A stretch of 64,000 nucleotides of DNA. It comes from Promethearchaeati archaeon SRVP18_Atabeyarchaeia-1. GTDB taxonomy: Archaea; Asgardarchaeota; Atabeyarchaeia; Atabeyarchaeales; Atabeyarchaeaceae. The notes beneath the pieces were generated by a model. It did not search any database. It had not been told where the DNA came from and saw nothing but the letters and a program-made list of their open reading frames with translations. A program made the position numbers and the translations under genes. The stretch covers positions 2,624,001-2,688,000 of the forward strand of contig CP147779.1 in NCBI GenBank assembly GCA_037308085.1, in the 5' to 3' direction. Position 1 is the stretch's first letter. Every line of letters starts with the position of its first letter. Shown piece after piece: positions 28,073 through 37,938 of the stretch.

Positions 28073-29527
28073 TCAATGGCCTCCCGCCTTCTTCGGTAAC
28101 TGAGTGGAAGTCGATTTGGGAATGCCGTCCAGTCCCATCACTCCAGGGTTCATTATGCCTCTGGGATCAAAGACCTTCTTGATCTTCGTCATGTATTCGA
28201 GCGCTAGACCGTGCTCCATTGGCAAAAACATGGCTTTTGTCAGCCCAGCGCCATGCTCAGCGGTTATCGTTCCCTTGTATTTGTTGAGCACTATTTCGGC
28301 GATCGCTCGTGCGATCCTGTCACCCTTCTCTATCTCCTTCGATTGATCAATCGAAAGTCCAATATGGACGTTACCATCACCGATGTGCCCAAACATGACC
28401 ATTAGCGGTGCCCCAGCCTTCTTCGCGACTTCTTTCAGCTCCCTGAGAGCCTCTGGAACTCTTGATATTGGAACGCCAGTGTCTGACACGGCGTGGATTA
28501 CTAGGTTTTCACCACGTAGCTGCGTAACCCGAGTGTACACGCTATCCCGAGCTCTCCACATAAGTAGCCTTTCTTCAGGGTCCCGGGAAGCCATTATCTC
28601 AACCGCCCCATTCTCTTGGCAGATCTTCCTCACCTTCTCAATCTCCGCATTGACTACGCTTTCGATTGACCCGTCCGTCTCAATCATCAGGTTCGCCTCC
28701 CCGAGAGGAAGAGGCTTCTTTAGCGCAGGATTCATGGCAGCCGCACAGAACTGATCGACGAATTCCATGGCCGAGGGTGTGATTCCTGAGTTAATTATCT
28801 GAGAAGCGACCTTGCCCGCATCCACAACGGATTTGAATACAGCTATCAAGACTTGGGCATACTTCGGCATTGGGAGAATCTTCAAGGCAATTTCGGTGAA
28901 AACTCCAAGTGTTCCTTCCGAGCCCACAAACAGTCTGGTCAGGTCGTATCCCGAAGAGGTCTTGATTGATCTTGAACCTGTCTTGATCACATCACCATTT
29001 GGAAGAACGACTTCAAGCCCCAAGACGAAGTCTCTGGTTACTCCATACTTAACTGCTCGGATGCCACTGGCATTATTCCCTACCATGCCACCCACAGTGC
29101 AAGACATCGCGCTTCCAGGCTCCGGAGGGAAGCAGTATCCGAATTTTGAGAGCTCCTCGTTTAGCTTGGAGTATAACACGCCAGGTTCGACAACAACCGT
29201 TCTGTCCCCGATGGCGATCTCCTTGATCTTATTCATCTTTCTCATGTCTAAAATGATTCCGCCCTTCAGGGTCAGAGCCTGTCCCGCTAAGCTGGTGCCA
29301 GCTCCGCGTGGGTTTACCGGTATCCCACCTTCGTTGCAGTACTTCAGAATCTGAACAAGCTCGTCCTTGCTTTCTGGGCGAACGATAGCCCAGGGTTCGC
29401 CTTGATGATTTGATGCATCAAGACTGTAGGCGAACAGCTCAGTCTCATCGATAGAGACGTCGTTCTCGCCAACTATCTTTGAAATGCTATCGAATAGCAA
29501 CTTCTGGTCAGGAATTGTCGAAGTCAT
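28073..29527 (-). CDS. glcD: FAD-linked oxidase, GlcD/D-lactate dehydrogenase family
   Basis: PRGAGTSL.G, NASGIRAVKYG, GSEGTLG, GHIGDGNVH, EHGAG, DPRGIMNPG. Confidence 0.9.
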   Translation of the reverse strand: MTSTIPDQKLLFDSISKIVGENDVSIDETELFAYSLDASNHQGEPWAIVRPESKDELVQILKYCNEGGIPVNPRGAGTSLAGQALTLKGGIILDMRKMNKIKEIAIGDRTVVVEPGVLYSKLNEELSKFGYCFPPEPGSAMSCTVGGMVGNNASGIRAVKYGVTRDFVLGLEVVLPNGDVIKTGSRSIKTSSGYDLTRLFVGSEGTLGVFTEIALKILPMPKYAQVLIAVFKSVVDAGKVASQIINSGITPSAMEFVDQFCAAAMNPALKKPLPLGEANLMIETDGSIESVVNAEIEKVRKICQENGAVEIMASRDPEERLLMWRARDSVYTRVTQLRGENLVIHAVSDTGVPISRVPEALRELKEVAKKAGAPLMVMFGHIGDGNVHIGLSIDQSKEIEKGDRIARAIAEIVLNKYKGTITAEHGAGLTKAMFLPMEHGLALEYMTKIKKVFDPRGIMNPGVMGLDGIPKSTSTQLPKKAGGH

Positions 29528-29639
29528 GTATGGTCTTCTCCTTCTGCTGGGAAAACGAGAAAGGAACACATAGATAAGCCTTTATCTGCGCGGATGGTGA
29601 AGTGGTCGCGCCATCAAGATTGCTTCAGGTTCCTAATCT

Positions 29640-30416
29640 CTAGAACAGTGCCTGAGGATTTATCTTTAACCCACCGTTTGTGATTACATATGGTATGAGC
29701 TTCGTCGTATGATATGTCTCTCTCAAATGTTCTATTCTGAGATATGTCCTTGATTCATCCTTCTCTATTCTTCTTATCATCTCAATGCTGTTACCAGTTA
29801 GTTGTTTCAGTGCTGTCTCGATTAGCGGTCCGTGCATACCCAAGTGAGCTACAAAGAGAGCTACGGCGTTTTCGACGAGGTTTGTTCGAACTACAAGGCG
29901 CCTGAATAGCCTGTAGACTTTCGAGAGATCAGGTACTGTACTCAGAATAGGAGAAACCGAGTCTATGACGATTCGAATAGTTGAAGTCTCAGACGCCATC
30001 CGACTCAGGCTCGTCATTAGACTGTCGAAAACCGCGAACACCTCATCGAGGTTGCCAGGGTTCTTGACATATGTCTCTTCGAGGAATTTCTGCTGCGGAA
30101 TATCTGTGGCGCCACTGAACGCGTCGGCGATGAAGAGCCGCCTCTTAGGTGAGTCTACTGAGAAATAGGGGGAAATGTCCCAATTGAACCGAGCCATTCT
30201 TCGCACGAGCTCTGAGGGAGGAAAGTCCAACACGAAGTAGAGAACGTAGTCATTTCGCTTAAGTCCCTCCCAAATGAAGTGTTCACAGAAAATACTCTTG
30301 CCTGCGCCTGGAGGTCCGATCAAAAGGATTGTTGATGGCTTCGGGAAACCGCCTTCTATCAGAGGGTCAAATCCCTCTATCCCTACAGGGATTCTCTCAC
30401 GTTCTTTTGGTGTCAT
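29640..30416 (-). CDS. KaiC/RAD55-family single-domain ATPase
   Basis: GIEGFD.LI.GGFP, Walker A GPPGAGKS, Walker B IVIDS. Confidence 0.9.
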   Translation of the reverse strand: MTPKERERIPVGIEGFDPLIEGGFPKPSTILLIGPPGAGKSIFCEHFIWEGLKRNDYVLYFVLDFPPSELVRRMARFNWDISPYFSVDSPKRRLFIADAFSGATDIPQQKFLEETYVKNPGNLDEVFAVFDSLMTSLSRMASETSTIRIVIDSVSPILSTVPDLSKVYRLFRRLVVRTNLVENAVALFVAHLGMHGPLIETALKQLTGNSIEMIRRIEKDESRTYLRIEHLRETYHTTKLIPYVITNGGLKINPQALF

Positions 30417-31012
30417 CTTTTCCTCATCCGCTCAAGCGCTATTTTCGTGATGTCTTCCGGCGCGGCGACAATGAACTCGCAGTGATCATCGCCCTTTGAC
30501 CTGCAGAGCACTTCGACGCACTCCCTTCTCTCTCCTGAGAAGAACTCGGCGAATCCTGCAATGAGTCCCCTAATCTGGTGGCAGACGGCTCGGTCACTTC
30601 TCCCGTAGCTTTCCGCAATAGGTGAATCTCTTACGACAAAAACTGCCTGCAGATTGTCAAATCCGACTAGTTCCCACCGTCCCCATGCAGTAGTCCTCAT
30701 GAATTCTAGTCCGGCCTCTACAATCTTTCGGCTCCGTTTCCCTCCAACTTCGACGCTCTTCCGGACGATTTGGCCACTTGAGCGCCCAGCTTCCCTATTC
30801 GCCTCGTAAAGCAACACTCCCGCCGCGTCGAAACCCACGAGGCTCTCGATGCGCTTTTGGACTGACACATAGGAATCTGAAGAGAATATTAGGAAGCGCA
30901 TATTCACAGCCTTGAGGATCCCTTTGCCGTAGTCGTATGAGACATTTTGCAGCAGTTTCGCCACTGCTTCTGCGAATTCGTTAATTCCACTCAACTTCAC
31001 TATTTCCCCCAT
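30413..31012 (-). CDS. V4R domain protein
   Basis: AWG, S..AE, CH..RG..AG, E..C...GD..CEF; overlaps the ATPase start. Confidence 0.9.
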   Translation of the reverse strand: MGEIVKLSGINEFAEAVAKLLQNVSYDYGKGILKAVNMRFLIFSSDSYVSVQKRIESLVGFDAAGVLLYEANREAGRSSGQIVRKSVEVGGKRSRKIVEAGLEFMRTTAWGRWELVGFDNLQAVFVVRDSPIAESYGRSDRAVCHQIRGLIAGFAEFFSGERRECVEVLCRSKGDDHCEFIVAAPEDITKIALERMRKR

Positions 31013-31137
31013 TTTTCTGAGTCAATCACATAATCGGCAGCAGAGGATGACTCACGGTACCTATTCAAGTTCAATGGTAATTAAGATTAGCCTCGGAAGG
31101 CGACCAATCATCAGAAAAAGCATTGGGAAGAGAAGTC

Positions 31138-32631
31138 CTAGCTCTTCTCCACCCATGAGAATTTCCGCTGAAACGTTTTTGGATAGTATAGCTTCCAGTC
31201 GTAATCTACTTTCTTTCCCCAATTATAGTATATTCTTGGGTCTATGTAGCTCTTGAGGGATGTTCTGAGGTTATAGTTACAGGTCTTGGTCATCAAGTCT
31301 ATCTTAAGATCGAGTTCTCTGGCATGTTTCTTCGAACGCTCGTCGTCTTTCTGCCTGAGCGCGTTCAACGTTTCCTTCTTTTTCGCTAAGCTCTGATCCC
31401 AGTTCTTGGGCAGCTGCCTCTTGTGGTTAAGTTCTTCTGCCGCACGGAGGTTCGCGGTAGTCGCTTCATACTTTTTCTTTATCGGTGCGTCGTCTTTAGT
31501 AACCGCTGACTCGTCAAGGTATTTTCTGACAATTCTGGATCCATGGAAGGTCCTGAATACCTTGGCTGTCAGCCCTGGTAGCACATCGCTCAAGAAGCGC
31601 CTTACGTTGTCAGATTTGACACCCTCAAAAATGGGGGAGGTAGCCGCTGCGATGAATTCCCTGATATTACTCACTACTTGCTCCTTAAGCTCCACATTCC
31701 TGACCCATCGGACTGAGTCCTTCCCCAAGAAATCGAAATTCACGTGGGTGTTATCTATTATTTTCACGTGCTCCGGTCTCAGGGTAGTGGCTCCAACCGT
31801 GTCTGCCTCATCCTTGGCTTTCTCATCACCTACCCGAATCTTCAACTCATTTATCAGGTAGCAAACGGTTGCCACTTTCCTCCTCATCGCGTCTCCTGAG
31901 ACAAGGTTCTTCTCTATGTGATCCTTCAGCTTTCCGAATCTCGTTTCAAGCTTGTTTGCCAAGTCGAACTTCCTTTTTTCCCGCTCCTGCTTGACACTTA
32001 CTGTGTCAGCCAGCCAAATGTACTTTACTTTGTGACTGAGTTTGTCGTCCCATTTGGCTATCCACATGCTATCAGATTGCCAGACAGTTTCTTTCCAGCT
32101 GCCTTCAGGCCTAGTAGCATCGGGGGACAGATTGAGTGTGACGTCTTCTTGGCTTGGTCCCTCTTTCCATCGACCACGCAGTGGGTGCTCTCCCCTACCC
32201 ATGAATATGGAAGACGGCTCCCCAACGTAGTTGCCAAGTTCAACCTTGTTGCCATCGAGAGTGGCGTATCCATAATCTTCCTTGTTCTTTTCTCGCTTGG
32301 CCTTCCGATCCGCAGCCAGCTTCTTCTTTTCTTCCTTAGGCATGTTCAGCTTCTTTGCCTTTTCCTCATCTACGGCTTTTTGGATTTCAGAGAAGTCGAT
32401 GTCCTCTCTCTTGTAATCGGCACTTGGTCCCAAGGCATTTGAGAAGTCTTTGAAGAAATTCTCGACGAACAGGTTATCTTCAACGTAGACGGTCCCCTGC
32501 TTCTTGACCCAAGCAACTGCTATCTCTTCTTGCTTGGGGTTAAGTCTGACCTTCTTTCCTCTTACTATTATGGAAAAACCCTTGGACTCATACGTTGGGA
32601 TCAAAATGCCTTTGTGAATTAGTTGCTTCAA
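31138..32631 (-). CDS. top1: DNA topoisomerase IB (eukaryote-like)
   Basis: GRGEHPLRG, IRVGDEK..DEADTVGA, FDFLGKDS, AKVFRT, LNH, SLKSYIDPRI (catalytic Tyr). Confidence 0.95.
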   Translation of the reverse strand: MKQLIHKGILIPTYESKGFSIIVRGKKVRLNPKQEEIAVAWVKKQGTVYVEDNLFVENFFKDFSNALGPSADYKREDIDFSEIQKAVDEEKAKKLNMPKEEKKKLAADRKAKREKNKEDYGYATLDGNKVELGNYVGEPSSIFMGRGEHPLRGRWKEGPSQEDVTLNLSPDATRPEGSWKETVWQSDSMWIAKWDDKLSHKVKYIWLADTVSVKQEREKRKFDLANKLETRFGKLKDHIEKNLVSGDAMRRKVATVCYLINELKIRVGDEKAKDEADTVGATTLRPEHVKIIDNTHVNFDFLGKDSVRWVRNVELKEQVVSNIREFIAAATSPIFEGVKSDNVRRFLSDVLPGLTAKVFRTFHGSRIVRKYLDESAVTKDDAPIKKKYEATTANLRAAEELNHKRQLPKNWDQSLAKKKETLNALRQKDDERSKKHARELDLKIDLMTKTCNYNLRTSLKSYIDPRIYYNWGKKVDYDWKLYYPKTFQRKFSWVEKS

Positions 32632-33015
32632 GGTGTCAAGGGCACCCCGCAAAATCTAGATGATGATCGAGACTGCTCCTCCAAGGGAGCCCGGAAATTT
32701 CGATACTTGGTCATCCGTTTCCTAATGGTTACAAGCCACTTTCCCATCTGATATTGGTTCTTGTCAATACTGTTGCAGTAGCTGAGAATGTGCATTCCTC
32801 GCCTAATATCGATGGGCAGACTTTAAAACTCTTGTGTGGATCGCCTGTAGCGTCTTTCTAGACTAATACTACAAAAGCCATTTCTCCTAGGTACTTGCCT
32901 GTCAAGGCTAACAGGTCGGGATTGAAACTACCTTTTTAGGGTTTGCTTCATAACAAAGTAATAGCTTAAGATGGTGGTTCTCCTCCTCAGGAGGAGTAAG
33001 GAGGCTCCTACTAGA

Positions 33016-33435
33016 ATGAATGTTGCGACGAAGCTTATCCGCGTTGAGAGTACTGGCGAGGCAGATATCCTAGACTTAACGGCAAGTGTCCAGAAGGCTG
33101 TAGATGAATCGGCGCTTCAAGACGGCATCATCACCTTATTTGTTCAAGGCTCAACCGGCGCACTAACCACGATCGAGTATGAAGAGGGACTGCTCAAGGA
33201 TCTTCCAGACGCCTTGGAACGAATTGCACCCAGAGATGCTCTTTATGAACATGAGATGAAGTGGCATGATGGAAATGGTCACTCACATGTTAGGGCGTCA
33301 ATCATAGGTCCATCTCTGACAATACCATTCATCAAGGGCAAGTTGACTCTCGGAACATGGCAGCAACTAGTCTTCATCGAACTGGATACTAGAAGAAGAT
33401 CTAGGGTGTTAGTGGCACAGATAATCGGCGAATAG
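33016..33435 (+). CDS. yjbQ: YjbQ/UPF0047 family protein
   Basis: GSTGALTTIE, YEH...HDGNGHSH, LGTWQQ...ELD. Confidence 0.9.
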   Translation: MNVATKLIRVESTGEADILDLTASVQKAVDESALQDGIITLFVQGSTGALTTIEYEEGLLKDLPDALERIAPRDALYEHEMKWHDGNGHSHVRASIIGPSLTIPFIKGKLTLGTWQQLVFIELDTRRRSRVLVAQIIGE

Positions 33436-33626
33436 CAGAGAGCCAGCTACAATGAGAATGGGCTCTAGGTTCCTTCAGCTATTATCGCTTAAGAAAAGGA
33501 AGGTAAATCTTAATTATTGACCAGTTACGTAGGTGTACCCTTCTCACATCGGCAGACTGCCTTATACTTTGGTGATCGACGGTGTTTGCTGTGCAGCAGT
33601 TGTGAAGGTCCCATAGACCAAGAGCA

Positions 33627-34862
33627 GTGTTCATGGAGACGGGATGCTTGGCGCTAGAGCAACAGCTTGATCCTAAAGGTGTAAGGCTTTTACAGCTCTC
33701 TGCAGGGATTTCTTCAGTCATTCAAGGCATTCAGAATCTGTCTTTCTCAATCTACCTAGGCAAAGACTTCCTGAATTTCGATCCTGCCATCATCGGTTTG
33801 ATGTTTACAGCTAGTCAGGTTATTGGGGCTCTCTTTGCTATTCCTATGGGTGTACTAGCTGACCGGTGGGGAAGGAAGAGATTCGTGGTTGCTGCGAGGT
33901 TTTTGCAGCTAGTGGCCTTCCTGCCGCTCATAGTCTCTACAGACATCACTTTTCTCTTGGCAGGGTTGATTGTTCTTCAAGTCGGCTCGTCAATGTCCTC
34001 TCCTCCATTTAGTGCATTGCTCGCTGACAAGACTCTTCTTGAGAAAAGAAATGCAACCTTTAGCTACAATTATGTTGCAATGTCGGTAGGGTCAGCCTTA
34101 GGATCAGGTATGTGTGAGCTCCCGCCTTATCTAAGGAGCAACCTTGGCTTTGACAATGTCAGCTCATACAGACCCTTGTTCATAAGTATGCTGTTCATCG
34201 CCGCTGCTTCCCTAGGCGTCGTTACCCTTGTCCACGAACGAGGAAAACCCCTAACTACAAGGTCGAATACGGAACAAGGAATAAAGTCTGACAGGTCAAC
34301 TGCGGGCGGCAGGATCGCCAAGTATACGCTAACCTTGGTTACGATTCAAATCGGCGCTGGCATGATCGTTCAGCTGTTTTCATTGTGGCTTCATTTGGCA
34401 TTTGGAGTCACAGAGCTGCAACTTGCACCGCTCTATATCGTGATGAACCTCTCAATGGGCGCGGGCTACCTCCTTGCAAACAAACTTGCGTCGCTAATAG
34501 GTATAGTCAGGAGCGTCGTGCTCACGCAGCTATTTGCGACGGTACTTCTTGTGGCGCTTCCGAACATCCCCGATTTCCAGATAGTGGGGATCGTCTATGT
34601 CTTGAGGACGGCGATAATGAATATGTCCAACCCAATTCTCACTTCATTTATCTGCAGCATAGTTCCAGTAGAGGTCAGAGCTTCTGCCCTGGGCATATCA
34701 AATAACACAGGCGCCATTGCTAGAGCCTTCGGACCAGCCATAGGCGGTGACCTAATGCTGACTTCGTTGGCGCTGCCCTTCTACATATGTGGCGGTCTGT
34801 ACGCGACGTCGACCGTGTTTTTCTTTCTATTCTTCAGGAGAACCAAGGCGCTGGAATGCTAG
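33627..34862 (+). CDS. MFS transporter
   Basis: GVLADRWGRK motif, two TM bundles. Confidence 0.9.
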   Translation: MFMETGCLALEQQLDPKGVRLLQLSAGISSVIQGIQNLSFSIYLGKDFLNFDPAIIGLMFTASQVIGALFAIPMGVLADRWGRKRFVVAARFLQLVAFLPLIVSTDITFLLAGLIVLQVGSSMSSPPFSALLADKTLLEKRNATFSYNYVAMSVGSALGSGMCELPPYLRSNLGFDNVSSYRPLFISMLFIAAASLGVVTLVHERGKPLTTRSNTEQGIKSDRSTAGGRIAKYTLTLVTIQIGAGMIVQLFSLWLHLAFGVTELQLAPLYIVMNLSMGAGYLLANKLASLIGIVRSVVLTQLFATVLLVALPNIPDFQIVGIVYVLRTAIMNMSNPILTSFICSIVPVEVRASALGISNNTGAIARAFGPAIGGDLMLTSLALPFYICGGLYATSTVFFFLFFRRTKALEC

Positions 34863-34976
34863 ACTTCTTGGAGCCCCTACCGGCGCTAGTCAAAAATAGA
34901 TGTAGAAGGAGCACTAGCCCTCCCTTTGCTCAAACTTCTAGTGGGTGCCCAGACTAGTCTTTTTCACTGCCAAAGC

Positions 34977-35339
34977 CTACTTCTTGGCAACTTTCTTGGC
35001 AGGCTTCTTCTCCTTCTTCTGCTTGCCTTCCTCTTCCTTCTCAAGTTCCTCGAATGGAACGGGTGGTGGAGTTGTGAACATAGTCCAGCCAATCCACATG
35101 CCGATCACGAGCACCAATGTCAGCGCGAGCCATATGGGTATCGCTAGGAACCAATACCATGAAGGTGGCGGAGATGCCAACGGAACAACTGCCCACTCTT
35201 CGACGTGTGGGAGGAACCATAAGAAGCTTGGCCAAAAGTGCCCGAACGCAGCAACAATGATGACGTTCCACGTGTAGTACAGGACCACCAGTAGACCCAA
35301 GATGAAGATCAGGAAGCCTATAATCTTGTCCTTTGCCAT
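34977..35339 (-). CDS. Small two-TM membrane protein, DPM2-like
   Basis: MAKDKIIG...YYTW, AIP...IG.WIGWTM, then TTPPP and a charged tail. Confidence 0.75.
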   Translation of the reverse strand: MAKDKIIGFLIFILGLLVVLYYTWNVIIVAAFGHFWPSFLWFLPHVEEWAVVPLASPPPSWYWFLAIPIWLALTLVLVIGMWIGWTMFTTPPPVPFEELEKEEEGKQKKEKKPAKKVAKK

Positions 35340-35482
35340 TTGCGTAGCCCTTCTCTTACCTTCTGCTTCTATCTTGTTTAAATTGTTTGAGCTTTTCTTA
35401 CGCGTGGACGATATATAAGGCTTTAGTAAACCAATAGGCATATTAGCTCATGACCACAATTGTGGTCTCGGTGAGAGAGAGA

Positions 35483-35803
35483 ATGGTAGATGGGGTAATT
35501 GTGAAGTCTCGTTTCCCCAGCCCACTGCTGAAAGCCGTGGACTCCGCGGCGGAGCAGTTTGGCATCAGTAGGGCCCAGGCAATAAAGTTCCTAACACTAC
35601 TCGGGATAAGAATGTACAACATAGGTTTAACTGAGCGAGCACTGAAGCTCTACGAAGATGGAAAAGTCTCCGTTGATAAGGCAGCCGAGATAGCTGGCCT
35701 GCCTGTTGACTCCTTTGTCTATGTCTCCTCAGGACGAGGGGTGAGGCGGAATATAAGGGAAAGCATTAGGGGCTTGTTTGAAGCGCTGAAAACTGAGCGC
35801 TAG
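35483..35803 (+). CDS. RHH + UPF0175 family protein (antitoxin-like)
   Basis: N-terminal RHH pattern (SRAQAIK), then ALKLYEDGKVSVDKAAEIAGL. Confidence 0.8.
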   Translation: MVDGVIVKSRFPSPLLKAVDSAAEQFGISRAQAIKFLTLLGIRMYNIGLTERALKLYEDGKVSVDKAAEIAGLPVDSFVYVSSGRGVRRNIRESIRGLFEALKTER

Positions 35804-35819
35804 TTCTTTTTTGCGGCCG

Positions 35820-36224
35820 TCACTTTGCGGGTTTTTTCTTAGGCGTTTCCCCCAACACCTTGAGCACTGCTTCAGCAGCTCTGTTGGTTTCGTCTATCAG
35901 GATCCCCAGCTTAGCCTCCCGTTTTGCCATCAAAGTGACAACGTTGGTATCGCCCACCCTGCCGATCACTATGTACCCGTCTTGACACTTTATGAAGACC
36001 TGCTCAAGAGTGCCCAGCTGAAGAACTTCTACGCTCATCTTGCCCAAGTTGAGCAGGGTTGCCGTTATGGCAGCAACGATTTCCTGCGGTGAGTCCCTCT
36101 GCAGGGCATTGGCAATCATTATCCCATCATAGCTGACAAGCGCCGCTCCCTCTATCTCAGCCGTCTGAGACGCGACTCCTCTCAGCACATCCTTAAGCTT
36201 ATCCAAATCGAACGAGGAACTCAT
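35820..36224 (-). CDS. Roadblock/LC7 (MglB-like) domain protein
   Basis: IEGAALVSYDGIMIA, VAAITA.LL.LG, LG.LEQVFIK..DGYIVI, AKLG. Confidence 0.9.
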   Translation of the reverse strand: MSSSFDLDKLKDVLRGVASQTAEIEGAALVSYDGIMIANALQRDSPQEIVAAITATLLNLGKMSVEVLQLGTLEQVFIKCQDGYIVIGRVGDTNVVTLMAKREAKLGILIDETNRAAEAVLKVLGETPKKKPAK

Positions 36225-36642
36225 CTAGCATTACAACCCCGGTCGTGCCCCGCACCCCCAGAAAAGGATGCAGGACAGAAGCCTGCTTTATGGTGGGCAA
36301 CATGCCACTATCATAAGTAACTCGCATTGCAACTAAATAACTTTTACTTTCCCACTCTGGAATCTTGATCCTCATCTTCTTATGCAACGTCAACTGCTTT
36401 TGAGCATCGGAATGCAACTTGAAACTGACGTACATTCTGATGAACAATCCTCCTCGCTTCATAGATCAGAACCGACATGAGAAAGAAGATGAGCGCGTAC
36501 TTAAATGTTCCATTCACATTTCAAAATAAGCACCGTCTGTCCGTCTAAGCCCTTTCAGCATCGGAAGATCCTTTCACTTCTTCCATGCTCTTTAGTGTCT
36601 CTTATTCCGCACAGTTCACTCCAAATCCTCTATGATCTCAAA

Positions 36643-36921
36643 TCACTTGCCACTGAGTAGACCGATCTTATGTCCCGTTTCAGTTGCTCGTCTCTCTATG
36701 AATTTGATTTCATCTGGGTTAGCTCGAATGCTTTGCGGGCCCCTTCGGATCAGAATATCGCCTTTTGAGAAGATCTTCTGGACTTTGCGTCTGCCTGCAG
36801 TAAACGATGCATCTTTGGTCGCCTTCAGAACAGTGATGGAAGGTGGTACGTAGATAACCGCAAATCTCCTTCTTTCCCTTCGGACAAGCAGACCTAATGT
36901 CAGTTTATCTTTACATCGCAA
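36643..36921 (-). pseudogene. Probable C-terminal fragment of a Schlafen/AlbA_2-type protein
   Basis: FAVIYVPPS...GDILIRRGPQSIRA.PDEI resembles the AlbA_2 C-terminal motif; N-terminal part absent. Confidence 0.4.
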
Positions 36922-37179
36922 TGCGATAGTTATGCCTATTCTCTAGAAACGCTATCAGACGTCAGAAAGTCCTAAGAATTGCTAACTTTTCAGTAGGCGC
37001 CCTTGTTTCCTACTTCTCTTCCTCTTCGAAAATCAGCATTTTAACGAAGATTTTTTCAACGCAAAAATATTCAAGCGTTCCAGAAGAGAGTGCCGCAACC
37101 TTATCGACTCTGCCTGTAGGTGCTCGTCTTTGAAAACATAGCTCTGGTTCAATTCATATCAAAGTACACTGCTGGATGC

Positions 37180-37340
37180 CTATCTTCTCCGCAAGTCTAA
37201 AGAATATAACACATCTTCCCTATAGAATATTAAATCTCTGTCTCCTTGGAGTATTGATAATGCTTCATCGTATAATCTCAATGCTTCTTCATACCTATCC
37301 AGTTTGTAGAGAACATTACCCTCCCCTATCCATAGATGGA
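37180..37340 (-). pseudogene. TPR repeat gene fragment
   Basis: WIGEGNVLYKLDRYEEALRLYDEALSI matches the TPR consensus; no convincing start. Confidence 0.55.
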
Positions 37341-37539
37341 CTCCCCGGGCCATCCCAGCTATGTTTGCGGAGTCCGATGGAGTGGGCAACCGTTCCGGCT
37401 CCGCTTTGGCCGGGCGTTCCGACGATGATTATCAACTCTGAGATCCCCTGATCGTATCTTGGCAGAGCCGTGCGGACAGCCGCTGGCGTTCGAGAGAGGT
37501 AGCAGGCGAGGAACACCGAGCGATCGTTGGACCCGTCGA

Positions 37540-37938
37540 CTAGACTCGGTTAGAGGAGATGTTCAGCGCCACCGCTGCGCGAACGAGTGCCTTCAGGGCC
37601 TCCCCGTCGACCTTGTCACCCTCGTGAAAGTCGATGGCGCGCCTTGCGTTACCTTCGAGACTGGAGTTGAAGAGGCCCGAAGGGTCCCTCAGCGAGGCGC
37701 CCTTGGAGAAGGTCATCTTCACGACGTTCTTGTACGTCTCGCCGGTGCAGATCAGCCCGCTGTGAGACCACACCGGAACACTTCCCCACTTCCACTCCTC
37801 TACGACGTCTGGGTCGGCCTGCTTAATCAGAGCCCGGATCCGAGATAGCGTCTCGCCCCGCCAATCGCCCAACTCCTTGATCTTCGCGTCTATCAGCTGA
37901 GATGGAGACTCGCCCTTAGGCTGGCCTATCTTCTTCAT
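37540..37938 (-). CDS. DUF1801 (YdhG-like) protein, bacterial type
   Basis: IDAKIKELGDWRGETL..IR.LIK.ADP.VVEEWKW..PVWSH.G.ICTGETYK. Confidence 0.9.
   Translation of the reverse strand: MKKIGQPKGESPSQLIDAKIKELGDWRGETLSRIRALIKQADPDVVEEWKWGSVPVWSHSGLICTGETYKNVVKMTFSKGASLRDPSGLFNSSLEGNARRAIDFHEGDKVDGEALKALVRAAVALNISSNRV

Noticed and set aside
32627-32795. 55-aa ORF upstream of topoisomerase IB (minus strand)
   Set aside because: No recognisable motif, and it overlaps the likely top1 start; unsupported.
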